This document shows, piece by piece, positions 11,361 through 25,500 of a stretch of DNA of 64,000 nt. Source of the stretch: the human T2T-CHM13v2.0 reference genome, Homo sapiens; assembly GCF_009914755.1 (NCBI RefSeq), contig NC_060928.1, one strand, 5' to 3'. A model generated the notes under the pieces. It saw only the letters and a list, made by a program, of their open reading frames with translations, made no database searches and was not told the DNA's origin. The position numbers and the translations under genes were made by a program. Within the stretch, counting starts at the first letter, position 1; each line of letters opens with the position of its first letter.

Positions 11361-14239
11361 ATGAAATAGAAAACCACGTAACTAACAATCTGAATGTTGT
11401 CTTTGGCAAGAAAAAACATAGTTTAAAATAAAGCAGTGTGGAATAAATAGAAAGTGTAGGAGAAGGTATTATCATTTTATGGAAATCCCCTAAGTTGCTT
11501 TATAAAGAATAACCAATGCTGCCCAGGAGATTGTATATGTTGGCAAATTTTTTCATAGCAACATTTACTGTGGCTTATGAAAATTTAAATTTCTCTCCTG
11601 AAAGTTTTATTGCAAAGAGGAATAGTTTTGAAAACATGACCAGGAGATCTAGGAGTAAAATAATGTTATGATAAAAACCTGTAGCCTGGAGGTTATCATA
11701 ATGAAAAAAAAAATCTCACTCTAGCTGGTTCAGATCATTCCAAAATAGGATTATAATATCTGCAGATTTCCAACACAAGAGATGAAAATCCCACCACGAA
11801 TACACCCATTTACATTCTTGTGACCTGGAATGACTGTCAGAGTAACTCATTGTTTTATTTCAACAGCCAAGCCGAGTGCCTTAGAGTTCATTATCACCGA
11901 CTCACTTTAAACCGTACTGGCCAGCACAGTAGGACAGTTGAGGCTCCTCCTTGAGACACATATAAAACATGGAACATTGAGAAACCAGCTTTTGGTTGTC
12001 AGTATTTTTGAAAAGAGAGTACCACATGACAGATACACGAAGTCTAGAGTGGTTAAGAGTGTAAGAACTGCATCTTGTGTCTTTTTAATTTTTTTTTTAC
12101 ATTGAATCAATGATTGTATGATAAGTAGTGTAACAAAGATTTCAGGAGCAAATATGCACCAAAGCACTGGATTAGACCTGTGCAGAAATTATTAAAATTA
12201 CTCCGGGCTAAGGGCTTTGTTCCTGCTGGCCACCTGCAGTGTGTGGTAATGCCCTTTTAACGTTCTATCCAGGGCCCTGCATGGACTGTCTGATTTGACA
12301 TTGGACACTACTAAGAGGAGACAAGCATGCAGAGAGAGAATGATTAATGTAAGCCCTTCTGTAACTAGCCAGAGGCTTAAGGAATTCTTTTCTGCAGCAT
12401 TCCAGAGATAATTGCCTACCACTTTATCTAGGAGAGTGTTGTGTCATTAAAAAAAAAAAATGGCATACTGTGACACCTAAGAGGTTGGTTATGTTACAAA
12501 TAAGGAAGGAAATTAAAAACAAAATAGAAAATAGAGAAAAAAAAACGAGAATAGAGGGGAGTATGTAGAGTGTTTGAGGGAGGATGGGCATTGTCTGTTT
12601 CATTTGTTTTTGAGTTAATAAACGCAAAGGTTTGATAAATTTTTCCTTTACGTACCGACAAAGTTTCATGAATTCTCTGAAAAGTCAATGTTTTGTAAGT
12701 TGAAGGCAACAGACTTGCCAGCTGGAAACCTTTATTTTACAAATTAACTCTCGCTCTATTATTAATGTCTCTATAAATGAAACTCTAATATAAGACACTA
12801 AACAGAGTACATTTCTAAAAATAATTGATTTTATATATATAATCAATTATTTTAAAAATATATATTTATTATGTATATTTTATATATATATATATATAAC
12901 ATTATTGTGTTTGAATCCATTAATGTCTTATATGAGACCAATTCTGTTCCAATTTGGCATTAGCAATCCACAAGAGCATGTTAAGTTCCAAAATATTGTA
13001 GCGAAATATCTTCTTCATCATGCTGGGGCTGGGGGCTAGGAGAGATAATCGACTTCAGTTGTGTACAGAATGCCTGGGTGCTCCATATGGCCTATTTTCC
13101 ATTGGCAAGTGAGTCCTTAAAATCTTAGGGAATTCTGCTACATATGCATAAATATTATAAATTAATGTTCTAATGTGCTTTGAGGCCCTTGCTGAATGAA
13201 TGGCAGGCAAAATGAAATGAAAAATAAAACATTTTTTAAAGAAACCATAGGCATGTGGTTCTCCCCAGGCACTGGAATTAGGAATTTGATATACATTTTT
13301 TTTTTATTTTAACTCAATGACTAGATCCTTCCTTTTCTGGAATGAACTCTTGGGAGATGTACTTAAATTAGGCCTTTTCTTGACACCTTAGCATTCAGAA
13401 GGGGCTGTAATCATTCCAGTCAAATCCCTTGCCTCGTTCTTAACTTATCAATGTTTCTCAAACACATTTTAAAGGGTTTTTTTTCCCCCTTTTAAAATAA
13501 ACATAGACAATGCATTAAGCCACGTGGAAGTGATCTATCAGAAAGCTTATCTAGAAAAACAGCACTCAATTAAGAAGCCAGTCCCTGGCTTTGCTAGAGC
13601 AGCTCAGGCAGCCCAAGAATTCTTTTTCTTTTTTTTCCGTCTTTGTATTTTTTTTCTTTAGTGAAGATTCAGATTGGTTCTCTCTATGCACATCCTGGAA
13701 GTGGAAAGAACTGTGGATCTTATTTTCTGTGGCAGAACAGTGATTTACAGGGAAAATAGTTCAACTGAGAACCACTAAATGCAGAAAGTCTAGCATCCAA
13801 GACTATACCCTCAGATCAGGGGCCAACGTTTCTTAGAAATCAACTCATCCACATGTTGAAAAATCTAACTAATTTATGGACTATAGGGAGAAAAGCATCT
13901 CCCTACTTTCTTCCTACCTTCCTTCCTTCCATCCTTCTTTTTTTAAGGTATTTACTTTGAAGTATTACATTAGTAGGCAGAGACTGAGTAAAATCAAGTA
14001 ACAATAGAGCACTAGTATGAAAGGGCATCCTGAATTTATAATATTGTTTCTCCAATTAATAATTATTAAATATACAGTATATATCTATGTTATATGTAGT
14101 ATATATAATAATCACAATTGCTATATATAATAATTGCTATGTATTATGTAGTATACTCTCTCTATATATATGTGTGTACATAACCAATTAATAATTACTA
14201 AGTATTTTGGACCTGAATTATCATTATTCATTAGTAGAG

Positions 14240-14435
14240 ATAATATAGCCAAAAGGAATGAGAAGGGGACTTGTAGTCAAGCTGACTTAAGTTCAGTCCT
14301 CAAATTTCTTGGGCCTAATTTCTTCATATGTAAAACAGAAGTAACGATAGTTTTTATATAGCTATTGTGTGTAAGCTGCAAAATATGCTAAATACCTGGA
14401 ATAGTGTCTGGCTCATGGAAATAATAAGTGGCAGC
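14240..14435 (+). mobile_element. MIR SINE
   Basis: GGGCCTAATTTCTTCATATGTAAAA...GGAATAGTGTCTGGCTCATGG. Confidence 0.7.
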
Positions 14436-15010
14436 AAGTATGATTTCGTATTATGCAAGTTGAATAATAATTATTGGCATCCTAGGCCCATCCTTATGGG
14501 GGTCACGGTAATTTTTATTTTTTGCCATAGAACCTGTGATGAGAGAAATGTAACACTTACCCCAGGTCACCCAATAAGTCACTCTATGTCATTAGGACTT
14601 AAGGGTTTTCAGCTTCACTGTCTGATTTCAGTCCATTAGGCCACAAAGTCATCAAAACAAACCAGAAAAGAGCACCATCAAAAGCAAAAGTAATAAAATC
14701 AAAGGATCCTGGAGCAGTATTGTACTAAAAGCCATCTGCTATCTTAGTCTATATTCTCAACCCTCTTGAAATGTTATTTGTAAAGCTTTAAAAGGCTTGA
14801 CTGGAAACCTTCATGTCTTTTTAAAGATACAGTATATCTATTGCTGACTCATGCATGCTAAATTAAGAATTGTAATATGGGTTTTTGAATATACATCAGA
14901 GAAATGCCAATACTTTTTCCATTGCCAAAGCCCTTAGGCTTTTGCTGTTGAGAAAGAGGCTTTATGATTAGCTAAGCAAATGATTAGTGCGACAGTAGCA
15001 ATGATGATGA

Positions 15011-15035
15011 GTGTGTGTGTGTGTGTGTGTGTGTG
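15011..15035. repeat. (GT)12 microsatellite
   Basis: Seen directly. Confidence 0.95.
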
Positions 15036-17619
15036 GTTTTGTAACTGTTTGGAGGAGTAGGGGTAGTTGAACAAAATATTTGCACCACTGAAATGATAAT
15101 AAATATTGGTATGCATTTCTTTTCAGTTATTTTTTTTTTAATCTAATGTCCTTATCTGCCTGCTAGGATTTCTGTGCCATAATCAGGTAGGAGAAAAAAA
15201 AGACACAAAACTGCTGTCTTAGCATTTCCACTTGACTTTGGTGCCTTGTCTCCCTGCCTTGCTCTGTCGGATGTCCTTATTCTTTCCACTTCTTTTCTCA
15301 TTTGGACTTGGCAGGAATGCCTTAGCTCAGTGCCAGTGTGGTAACCTTAAACTCGCTTACTTAAGTGGCTGATCTCATCGCTTCCTTTATGTGGTTTGTG
15401 GGATTTTTCCCCTCTTTGCCTTATTACGTCCCTTGACCACCTTGCAGCTTCATCTATCTCATACTTCCGTTATTGTATTATCCTTTAAAAATAAAACAAT
15501 AAATATTTAAAACATAAAGCATTTTTATGATAGTTGTGGGGGTAGATATTTTTATAGAAACAATAATGAGAAAAAAAATGGATTTCTCCAAGCTTTATAA
15601 AGCCCCAACTACGCAGAGGGCAAATTCTCAAGTTACAGGATTCTACTTGTCCTATTTCTGAGGAGCAGAACAAAATTTTTTTTGCAGATATTTTAAGAGA
15701 TGGCAAAACAGGGAAGCAAACCAAAGTCATTACAAAAGCCTCCCAGTGTAGACCCAGCCATCTGCATATAGTTCACAGAACTCTTCTGTTTATTTATGAG
15801 TCGTGGAATGTGTAAAGCCAACTTCTAGCTGTAAAAGGACGTACAGTTGCTCTCATATAATTTCTTTGGCCCTTTTTTTTTTTCTGCAAAACCAAGAGTT
15901 TGCTTTCTCATATTCAAGGAAACACTGCCATGCATAAGGACCCAGTTTTTGGGAATTCCGATTCTTTTGCAAAAGCATTTTAAATGACAACTAAAAAATA
16001 CACTTAAAACGTAAGACTATGGAATTTAAATAAATGCAACTGATCTTGATATATATATCTCGAAGCACTGCACCTGCCTAAAAATACTTTTTCATAGTTC
16101 TAATGTACTCTGTAAAAGAAACAGAATTAAATTGAAGAAAGAAACCTTCATTTTTCAGTATAATTTGGTTCTTTTCAAGATAATAACCTTAGATTAAGAC
16201 AGTCACAAAGAAAGACAATGAAAAAAAGTCACTTATTTTACCTTAAGACTTCACAATTTGCTTCCTAGTAATATATTTTTCCGGAGGTTTTTATAGGGGA
16301 AATGATTTCTCAAATTTCATCTTGATATAATGAGTTCAAGGAACTAAATTGTTTAGACATTAAAAAATTAAATATCTCTGCCATTCTTGTTCTGTAGTTC
16401 TGTGCTCTATCTTTTCAGTTAAAAAGAACATTATGTTTTGCAGTCCAGCAACTTCTTTGATATGATGTTTTAGTTTAATCTATCTAAAGCATTACCCTCC
16501 AGACATTCTAAGAAACTTGTTTTTCTGACGTGATGTGATTTTGTGATCTCTTTGAAACATTTTCAGCCTTAAGCATTAAGCACAAATAGATGGAAATAGG
16601 TGGTAGCTTGAATGTTTGCCCTGTAAATGTGGGTTTGGAGTTACCCCCCTGTATATGTGAAAATGTAAAATAACACATATACCCTAGAATATAAGGATAT
16701 AAACAAGTACTATGCTGGGCAAGGTCAGGGTTATCTAACCCTGACTTATCTTTGTCTCCTTATAATTTCCAGTGCATCTTGGCTAATATCTGGGGATAGT
16801 GTAGTTACAAAGGGGATGTTACCACCCTAAAAACTGAAAATCAAATTTAATATTCTCCTGAGTTGTCCATTGAGACAGATAATCCTCTGGTTTATACATT
16901 TAAGACCCTTACCACTAGAATAGGTGTCAGCAGGTTAATATTATATATTTTTTTAGGAATGTTGAGTCTGAGAACATAATTTCAGAGAAAGTGGAAGGAA
17001 GAAAGACAAAGACCGTTGGTCCCATGAGCTGGGTATGAGGATGAGAGGAGAATCTGATGTGGAAAACATATTTGACATTAATAAAATCTGGGCTCAAGTC
17101 TTCCACCTCTGCTCTTAGTATCAGTTCCAGCTATCTACAATATGATAGGCAGAGGTATAAATTTATTGGAAATAATTTCTTTATTACTTGTAATATTTTA
17201 TATGGTGCTCTGTATATGGGGTTGGGCACCCAGAAATAACTTATTAAGGAGCACACAAATTAACCGAATGCATAGAAATACATAACTGGAACATAGTAAG
17301 ATAAATTTGAATAAATGCCCAGTCATCATTTTCTCTGGGGTTCATATCTTTTTATGAATTTTATTGATATCATGTTCTCTTTTGAAGCACTTTTCACATT
17401 TGAAATTGGCAGTCTCATGGAACTGGATTAGTATCTGTCTTCTACACCACATTTTAAGTGCTTATAGTGGAAAGGACCAAAAATATTTATATGCATTATT
17501 ATATCCCCAGAACATATAGGTATCTCAATAAATACTGTATTCAGTGAGTGGATGGATTGGATGGATGTGTGAATTAATGATGAAAGTTATACATGATGTG
17601 ATATGATTACACTTAGTGT

Positions 17620-17845
17620 GGAAGGTGAGGTTGGAATGTGAACAGGTGGGGAAGGCAGGTTGTGAAGGATCTGGAACACCATAGGTATTAGCTTATATTC
17701 TGTAGGAGGCATTGAAAGAACTTTAGCAGGGAAGCTACAAGATAAGATTTACGGTTTAACAGACCACTGTGAAGGTTATATGGAGGAGGAACCACGAGAG
17801 GGACAGCAGCAGGGGGCACGTTGGATAGAGTACCTGCAGTAATTT
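17620..17845 (-). mobile_element. L2 LINE fragment
   Basis: GGCAGGTTGTGAAGG...TATATTCTGTAGG...TTTAGCAGGGAAG...AGATTTACGGTTT, typical antisense L2. Confidence 0.6.
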
Positions 17846-17849
17846 TTAT

Positions 17850-18041
17850 AGCACTCTTTTATTTTGCTCACAGTAGTGCTTACTACTCTCTGATATTTGT
17901 CTACTTATTCTATTGTTTTCCATCAAGTCCTGCTTATCATTCTATAAGAGAAGAAACAGCGTCTGTCTTATGCAATGCCGCAACCCTAGCAATTACTACC
18001 GGCATATGGTAGGGCCTCAATGTTATTGAATAAACAAATGA
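17850..18041 (+). mobile_element. L2 LINE 3' end
   Basis: GTCTGTCTT...CCCTAGCA...GGCATATGGTAGGGCCTCAATGTTATTGAATAAACAAATGA. Confidence 0.7.
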
Positions 18042-18174
18042 CTTTTTTTTTTTTTTTTATAATTTGAGCATAGTTAGGGAACAGTTTATAAGTGTCAGTT
18101 GAGCTATATATTTTATCTTATTTCTACGAATCTTTTTTTTGGACACTTCTTCACATTCCATCTTTCGAATATAG

Positions 18175-18474
<300 letters not shown>

Positions 18475-20585
18475 TGGAATATAGAACTTTAAAGAAAATA
18501 GACATAATGTTTCCAGTTGAGGATGTAGCGATTACTTGCAAAGTCTGTCACATTTTCTGATTTCTGTCTTTACTTTGTCAGTGTGTTTGCTATTAGACAT
18601 AAAGCAAACAAAAAACCAAACATCTATCTGAACTAATTTTAACACTTTTAAATAACAAACTTGCTCTTGCACTACCTAGATTTTTTTTTGTGGTACATTT
18701 GGGCTGAGATTGCAATTTACCTTTTCATCAAGATTTGGATGGCCTCTTCTTATCAGTACGAAAATCTATTTAAGTTTACATGGACTGCACTTTCTCTTAC
18801 AGACGTAAATGACTTCACTGTGCCTAGGCATTTAAAATTCTTTCAAAACCTCAGGAGTACATCCACAGTGATGATTTCTCTGTGGGTTTCACTGGTAAAA
18901 AAATAAAATAAAAATAAAAAATAAAAGAAAAAAAAGTCATAGTAACAAGGAGCAAATGTCATGATCTTGACAATCAAATTCTGTTTCCTATTACAAATTA
19001 CTTGCACTGTATGGTTCTCTTGCTTCCAGCGTCCAGGGAGTTTCTTAGCTGAAAAGTTGAGAATGTCAGATTATTTACATAAGTGGCTTATTCTGAGGTT
19101 ATTGCTACCTGCTACCTGTGGATGCTTCACAAGCACTATGTTCTTGTATGTGGCATGCAGATGTTTCTGTTAACTCCTGTTAAATAAATATATAGGAAGT
19201 AAGCATCAACAATACGATCCCAAACTAAGAGTTTTCCTGTGTCATGTAATGTTACTAAACAAACAAATAAAAACTCATCTTATCATTGCAAAATTGCAAA
19301 ATTGTCACTGTGGAAATAACAAATAGTATAATCAGCAATTTAAATTTTTTTCTTGTATACTTAGCTATAATTACCAGAAAAATTAGCTCTTCAGATATTT
19401 GCTTTTTAAGTCAATCCTCTGTGAACTCTGTGGATTCTAAGTTAGTATCGACTTCCACATACTTCTGTTGCCTGCTTTCTTTTTCATACTTGGAGCTTTT
19501 CTAGCTTTTTCAAGGAACAGCTTCTATAGTCATTTCTAAGGTAGGTACAGAGTTAAGGTGGTTAGAAAAAATTTATGGAAAGAAATAATCGTAAATCTCC
19601 TCCTCCAAATCAATTATTCACACAAACCACATTATTTACAAACATGTATATGTTTTGCTGTAGATATAGCCATCTTTGTTTCAAAAGGAATTTGAGCATA
19701 CTGCAATCTGCATATTAATGAAATAAACTTGAGGGGCTGTGGTAGATATTGGAAAGAGAGCAGATTAATGTATGTGATCACTAAGGTTTAACCCTTCTAA
19801 TTACATTCCACAGGGTTAAAATCAGGTGGGCTAGCCATGCCATCTCTTTTCTACATTTTGAGGGGGACGGAGGTGAGCAATACACCAGAAGTCTTTGAAA
19901 ATCTGTGTATGATTTTGTCCATCAAAAGTGCATCTTTGAATAAGAAGGGAGTTTTGTTTTGGTTTTAGTTTTCTTTTCCTTCTTTCCCCTTCCACTGACA
20001 CCAAAACCACTAATCTTCAGGGGAGTTTTGTCATTCCTTTATCAGTGAAGTTATTCTAAAGAGCTTAAATACTTAAGTGATTTCCTTTGGAGCAGTAATG
20101 GTGAATTATGCGGTGCTCTAATTGTGCTATTAGTTTATCTAAGCTAAAATTCAATCTACTTAATTTGAGGGTCTTATTACACAGTGGTTTGAAAAGGTGA
20201 AACACATTAAAAGGACATTGGTATTTTTAACAGGAGGTTTTAGCCTTTTCAGATGTTGTATTTGATGGAAATATTCTCTCTTACATTTATTTCTAATGTT
20301 AGTGTGAGATGTTTATTTTGATATGGAAGCATAACTTGGAAAATTTGTAGGAAATTTGCTTAGTATGCATTTATATGTTTTAACTTGTGGAGTTGAAGTT
20401 CCAGTTCTAGTAAAACCAACCCAACCTTATAATACATCTAAATATTATGTGAATTTGTTATGGAATTATACCACTTACATTGTGGTGTGCTTGAAACTTA
20501 AAAACACATGTTTTTAAGTTGGTGTAAATTTGGTGTAAAGTTACAACGCAATAGGAAATAGGATGGTTTACTGTGTATTCTCTCT

Positions 20586-20913
<328 letters not shown>

Positions 20914-21115
20914 TAACTCAATACTATGTAAAAAGTGCTTAAGAAATTTTGAATTTTTGAAACTGAATTTTCATCTTGGAATTATTGGTAGTCTAATAAT
21001 GGTAGTCTAATGGTAATAATGGTAGTCTAATGAGCAGCTACACTATTTATCCATACATTAAAATTTTACTTATAGTGATAGCTATAACTAAAACATGGTC
21101 TGAATATATCTATAC

Positions 21116-21701
21116 CAGGGTTTCCCAATGTTGGCACTATTGATATTTTGGATCAGACAATTCTTGCTACGGTTTGAATGTGTCCCCAAAGTTCAATGCA
21201 ACAGTGTTGATAGTTGAGGCCTTTAAGAGGTGATTAGGTCATGAGGGCATTGCCCTCATGAATGGATTCATGTTGCTATCACAGGAGGCAGTGGATTAGT
21301 TATTAGAATAGTGGATTTCTGATAAAAGGATGAATCTGGCCTCCTTGCTCCCCCTCTCTTGTACTCTCTTACCCTTCTTCTTCCTTTCATGGGAAGACAC
21401 AGCAAGAAGGCCCGCACCAGATGCTGGCAACTTGATGTTATACTTTCCAGACTCCAGAACTGTGAGTTTTTTTTTTTTTTAAATAAACTGCCCGGTCTGT
21501 GGTATTATGTTATAGTAACACAAAATGGACTAAGACAATTATTACTTGTGGGTAGCTGTCCTGTGCAGGATAAAGTGTTTAACAGCATCCTTGGTGTCTA
21601 CTTATTAGGTTCCAATAGTGCCACCCAAGTTGTGAGGATCAAAAGTATTTCCAGACATTGTCAAATATCAACTAAAAAGAATTGCCTGTTGAGAACTATT
21701 G
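21116..21701 (-). mobile_element. MER20 hAT-Charlie fossil, split by an MST LTR
   Basis: CAGGGTTTCCCAA...GGCACTATTGATATTTTGG (21116-21164) resumes as GCTGTCCTGTGCA...TTTAACAGCATCC...CCAGACATTG...GTTGAGAACTATTG (21543-21701). Confidence 0.85.
21165..21537 (+). mobile_element. MaLR solo LTR, MSTB-like
   Basis: TG...CA termini (TGCTACGGTTTGAATGTGTCCCC...GGACTAAGACA); 5-bp TSD ATTCT/ATTAT. Confidence 0.92.
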
Positions 21702-21822
21702 TTTCTAAGGTAAATATGCAGTTACATTTTATTGTTGTTCAAAATATTTGCTATGCATATGTCCAGGTATGTTTAGCCTCCAGTTCTATGTGTAGAAATC
21801 AGGCTTTTAACAGACAGGATGC

Positions 21823-22130
21823 AGCCAGGGGCAGTGGCTCATGACTATAATCTCAGCATTTTGGAAGGCCGAGACAGAAGGATTGCTTGAGGCCAGAAGT
21901 TGGAGACCAGCCTGGGCAACATGACAAGACCTCATTTCTACAAGAAATTAAAAATTAGCTGGGCATGGTGGCATGTTCAAGAAGTTCCAGCTACCTGGGA
22001 GGCTGAGGTGGGAGGAGCACTTGAGCCCAGGAGGTCAAGGATGCAGTGAGCTATGATCATACCACTGTACTCCAGCCTAGGCAACAGAGTGAGATCTTGT
22101 CAATAAATAAATAAATAAGTAAAAAAAAAA
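21823..22130 (+). mobile_element. AluJ SINE, full length
   Basis: GCAGTGGCTCA...GGATTGCTTGAGGCCAG...CTTGAGCCCAGGAGGTCAAGG...GCTATGATC, A-rich tail. Confidence 0.95.
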
Positions 22131-25100
22131 GAATGCATTTTTTTAAAAAAGGTTTTAACTTTATTCATAATTTATAATGCTACTATCAGATTTTGTGCTT
22201 TTACCTCTTTTTTATGTGGTGGATTGACAGAAGACAGATGCAGATTTACACCCTGTAGCTCAAGGAATGTGTGAGTGAGAATCCACTATGAGTAGTGTTA
22301 GCTTTCTGCATTAGAGGGCTGATTCAAACTAGTTGTGTTGCAGGCCTCCCTTTGTGCTTCACACCAGAAGGCTTTAGAATAAACATTTGGCTGAAACGTC
22401 TTTGCAGGACTCACCCAGCTGTCCTGTGAAGGAACTGTTGCCCACATCCACATGCATTAATGTCTGACTTGCCAAAATGTTTGTTTGCCTTCACATAGAC
22501 AAAGGCACAATGCAATGTGAATAGTATACAGTTAAATTATTACTTCTTCAGCCAACCAAGTGAACATGGAATTTTTTCATACATAAGATAGATAGTTTAG
22601 TGAAACTTTTTTTTAAAAAAGAATGATAGAAATTTTTAGTTGACTTTTGCTGAAATCATAATTTTAAGTTAATTTTATAGTGGATTTTAATAATGTAAAG
22701 TGTTATAAACAAATTGCAGTATGATTTTTATTTCATTTTAGAGAATTATATATTTTACCACAGCTTTTCAATCTTATCTTATTTCCTTGCTCTTTCCTCA
22801 CTAGCACTCTTCCTTTATTACTTTGTTCATATTGGTACTACTGTTGAATCTCTAAACCTAGTAATATATCAGTGTGAACCTAGGGTTTAGAGTTGACACG
22901 AATAAAGGTAGACTATTAACTATAAAACGATTTTCAAGAGAAAAGTCTAAACTTTTTCATTTTGCAGCTATTAATATATATTTAATGAATTGCCTTGATA
23001 TATGCCTTCTCTGTCTTTAATGTATATGAAGATGGATTGGATTATTTATGTAAATGGATTACCCATATAAATAGATTATTTGTATACACTATAAGCACAA
23101 GTTTATGCAGTTGTGCAATCACATTCCCTTCTCTGGACTAACTTCTTTCTGAAATAGTTTTAATGAAGATAGCATCGGCAATCTGAAATCTTTGCTAGAG
23201 CCTAAAACTTTGCATGTAGCTAAACTTTGACTAGGTAGCAAACAAAAATATATTTTAAAATTTAAGGTACTCTGTGTAAACAATTAGGTAATTCAGTAGG
23301 AAAACAAAAATAGTTGAGGTAATATGTCATCAGGTGATTCTCTGCAAAATTATAATTTTAATATGTATTTACCACAGTGCTGGCATACAGCATGGCATAC
23401 TAAATGGTGATTTTGAGTATTTAAAAAATTTTCTATAGCAAAGAACATTCCTTCCTTTTTCATTTAGTTTTTATTTATCAGATGAGGACAGATGCAATGA
23501 GGGCTGTGTGCCTAAATGAATACTTTTACTCTTGACTAAATTAGTCTGGCATAAACACAAGACTGCTAGCTTTCAGTACAATTGAAAATAAGTGCTGTGG
23601 TTCAGAGGTCTTTCTTTTCATAGTCCTGCCAAATCATGCTTAAAGTTCAGTTTGTATTCCAACAGTAGCATTTAAGACAGCATAGTTAAGAATCTCTTAA
23701 CATTTCCATTTACAACTCTCCTCTCCTTCTAACATTTTCTTTATTGATTTTAGGATGTTTCATGGTAACAGCTTATCAGTACTTACAGCCAATGACCTAA
23801 GTATGCAATTAAAATTGTACTATCCTAGCTAGGTGATCAACTGGCCCTGACGGTGGGGCTTTGGAAATACTATTTTCTTTCCTCAAGACCTATTCTTATT
23901 ACTAATTATAAAATGGAAAAGCACACTATTGAGGTTGAACCCTTTAGAGAAATCATGCTTGTTTCTTTATAGATTTAAACATGAAGATGCTTCAATATTT
24001 TTTCCTTGTTAATAACACTTATGGCCTTTAACATTCCATTCTAACTAAACACATTCACTTATTTGTGGTTTGTCAGTGGAGAAAAATAGCATAGGGAAGT
24101 CTATTTTTATGATTTAAATGTCAGTATGGAAAACTGCCATCCAAGAGAGCATACTGTTGGATGAAACTTGGCCTTTTGGTAGTCATGGGCTTGTGTGTAA
24201 GAGAACACTGACCTCCCTCTCCCCTCCAAAAACCACTCTTGGGGAAATCATAGATTCATAGTGAGAAAACATGTTAGCTCAACTACCTTAAAGTTGAGAC
24301 AACTTCCACAGACAAGAGCAAATTACCTGTAAGATCACAACATGTGTTTACTGATTCTCAGAATAGGCAGACTGACCTTTCAGGGCCTTTGCCCATTTCG
24401 TGTTACTTTCAGTCTTCTTCCCTCCGATTTACCACTGTATCACAGGACAGATCTTCAGCGATGTTAAATATAAAAAACATGGATGAACAATATGCATGTG
24501 TGCATGCCTGTGTGTGTCTATGAGTTAGGTTATTATGAATGTGTAGCTTCTGCTTACTCCAGAGTAATGAGCTATATAATTTTGTAAGTTTATTTTACCT
24601 TTTTGGGTCTCATTGTCTTTGTGTGTAAAATATAAACCTGCTGCTTGTTCTGAGAGATCTATTCACTAAATTTAAAGCATCGATCATTTTCTTCCACTAA
24701 GACCCTCGCATTGTCCTCTTCCTTCTCAAGCTTCAAATTCTGTGAGGTCTCCTTTCTTTTCTGGTATTTCTTTAATTTCTATTCCTGGAATCCAAGGCAG
24801 AATAGGTTCTCCCATTCTCTGTGAGTAGAGACATATCTGTGTTAGTCTGGGACTTAGGTCTATACTTTCTAGCTTCGGGTCAAAATTCTTCTCTTGAAAG
24901 ATGAAATTCTGTCAGGACCCCAATCTTTGTTTATAACATTACTTTGCCTATAGCATAATTTTCTTTATTCTGCAAAAGAACCAGTCTGTTCTGTTTCCTT
25001 TGGCTAACCTTTTCTTCTAGATCCTTTATCTCTTTTCTTGCCTTTGTCTTCATGTAGCTCAAAACTGTCTCTCTCCACAGAGACCAGCTACTGTCTCTTA

Positions 25101-25384
25101 TATATTCGTATTTTATTACAAGTACAACTGAATTACACTTTTTGTGAAGAGTTCAACTGAGACTGTATTCTTGATATATGTACATATTATTTGTGGTTGA
25201 GGGGCAAGGTTTTAGTGTATCTCAATGACTGTGCTCAGTCTTCATGGAATAAAGGAGAATGGGCTTTTAAGCTGCAACTTGATGGCTAAGCGCTGAGTTC
25301 GCTTTCATATTGATTTTCCCCTCCCTCTACCTTCAATTTTAATAACTGCTCTTCTCTTCATTCCTCTGACCAAGCCATAGACTA

Positions 25385-25500
25385 TTTGTGCTAGAAATAG
25401 CTTTAGGGATAATTTGGTTTCATCTCATATTATACATGAAAAAAACTGACCTCCAGAGAACCTAAGTGACTTACCCTGAATCCATTTAAAGTCTATAAAC
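25385..25500 (-). mobile_element. MIR3/MIRc fragment
   Basis: CTCATATTATACATGAAAAAAACTGAC...AAGTGACTTACCC. Confidence 0.55.

Noticed and set aside
21239-21261. Hairpin TCATGAGGGCA-t-TGCCCTCATGA
   Set aside because: Largely intrinsic to the MST LTR consensus
21359-21844. 161-aa ORF
   Set aside because: Runs through MSTB, MER20 and into an Alu; chance frame
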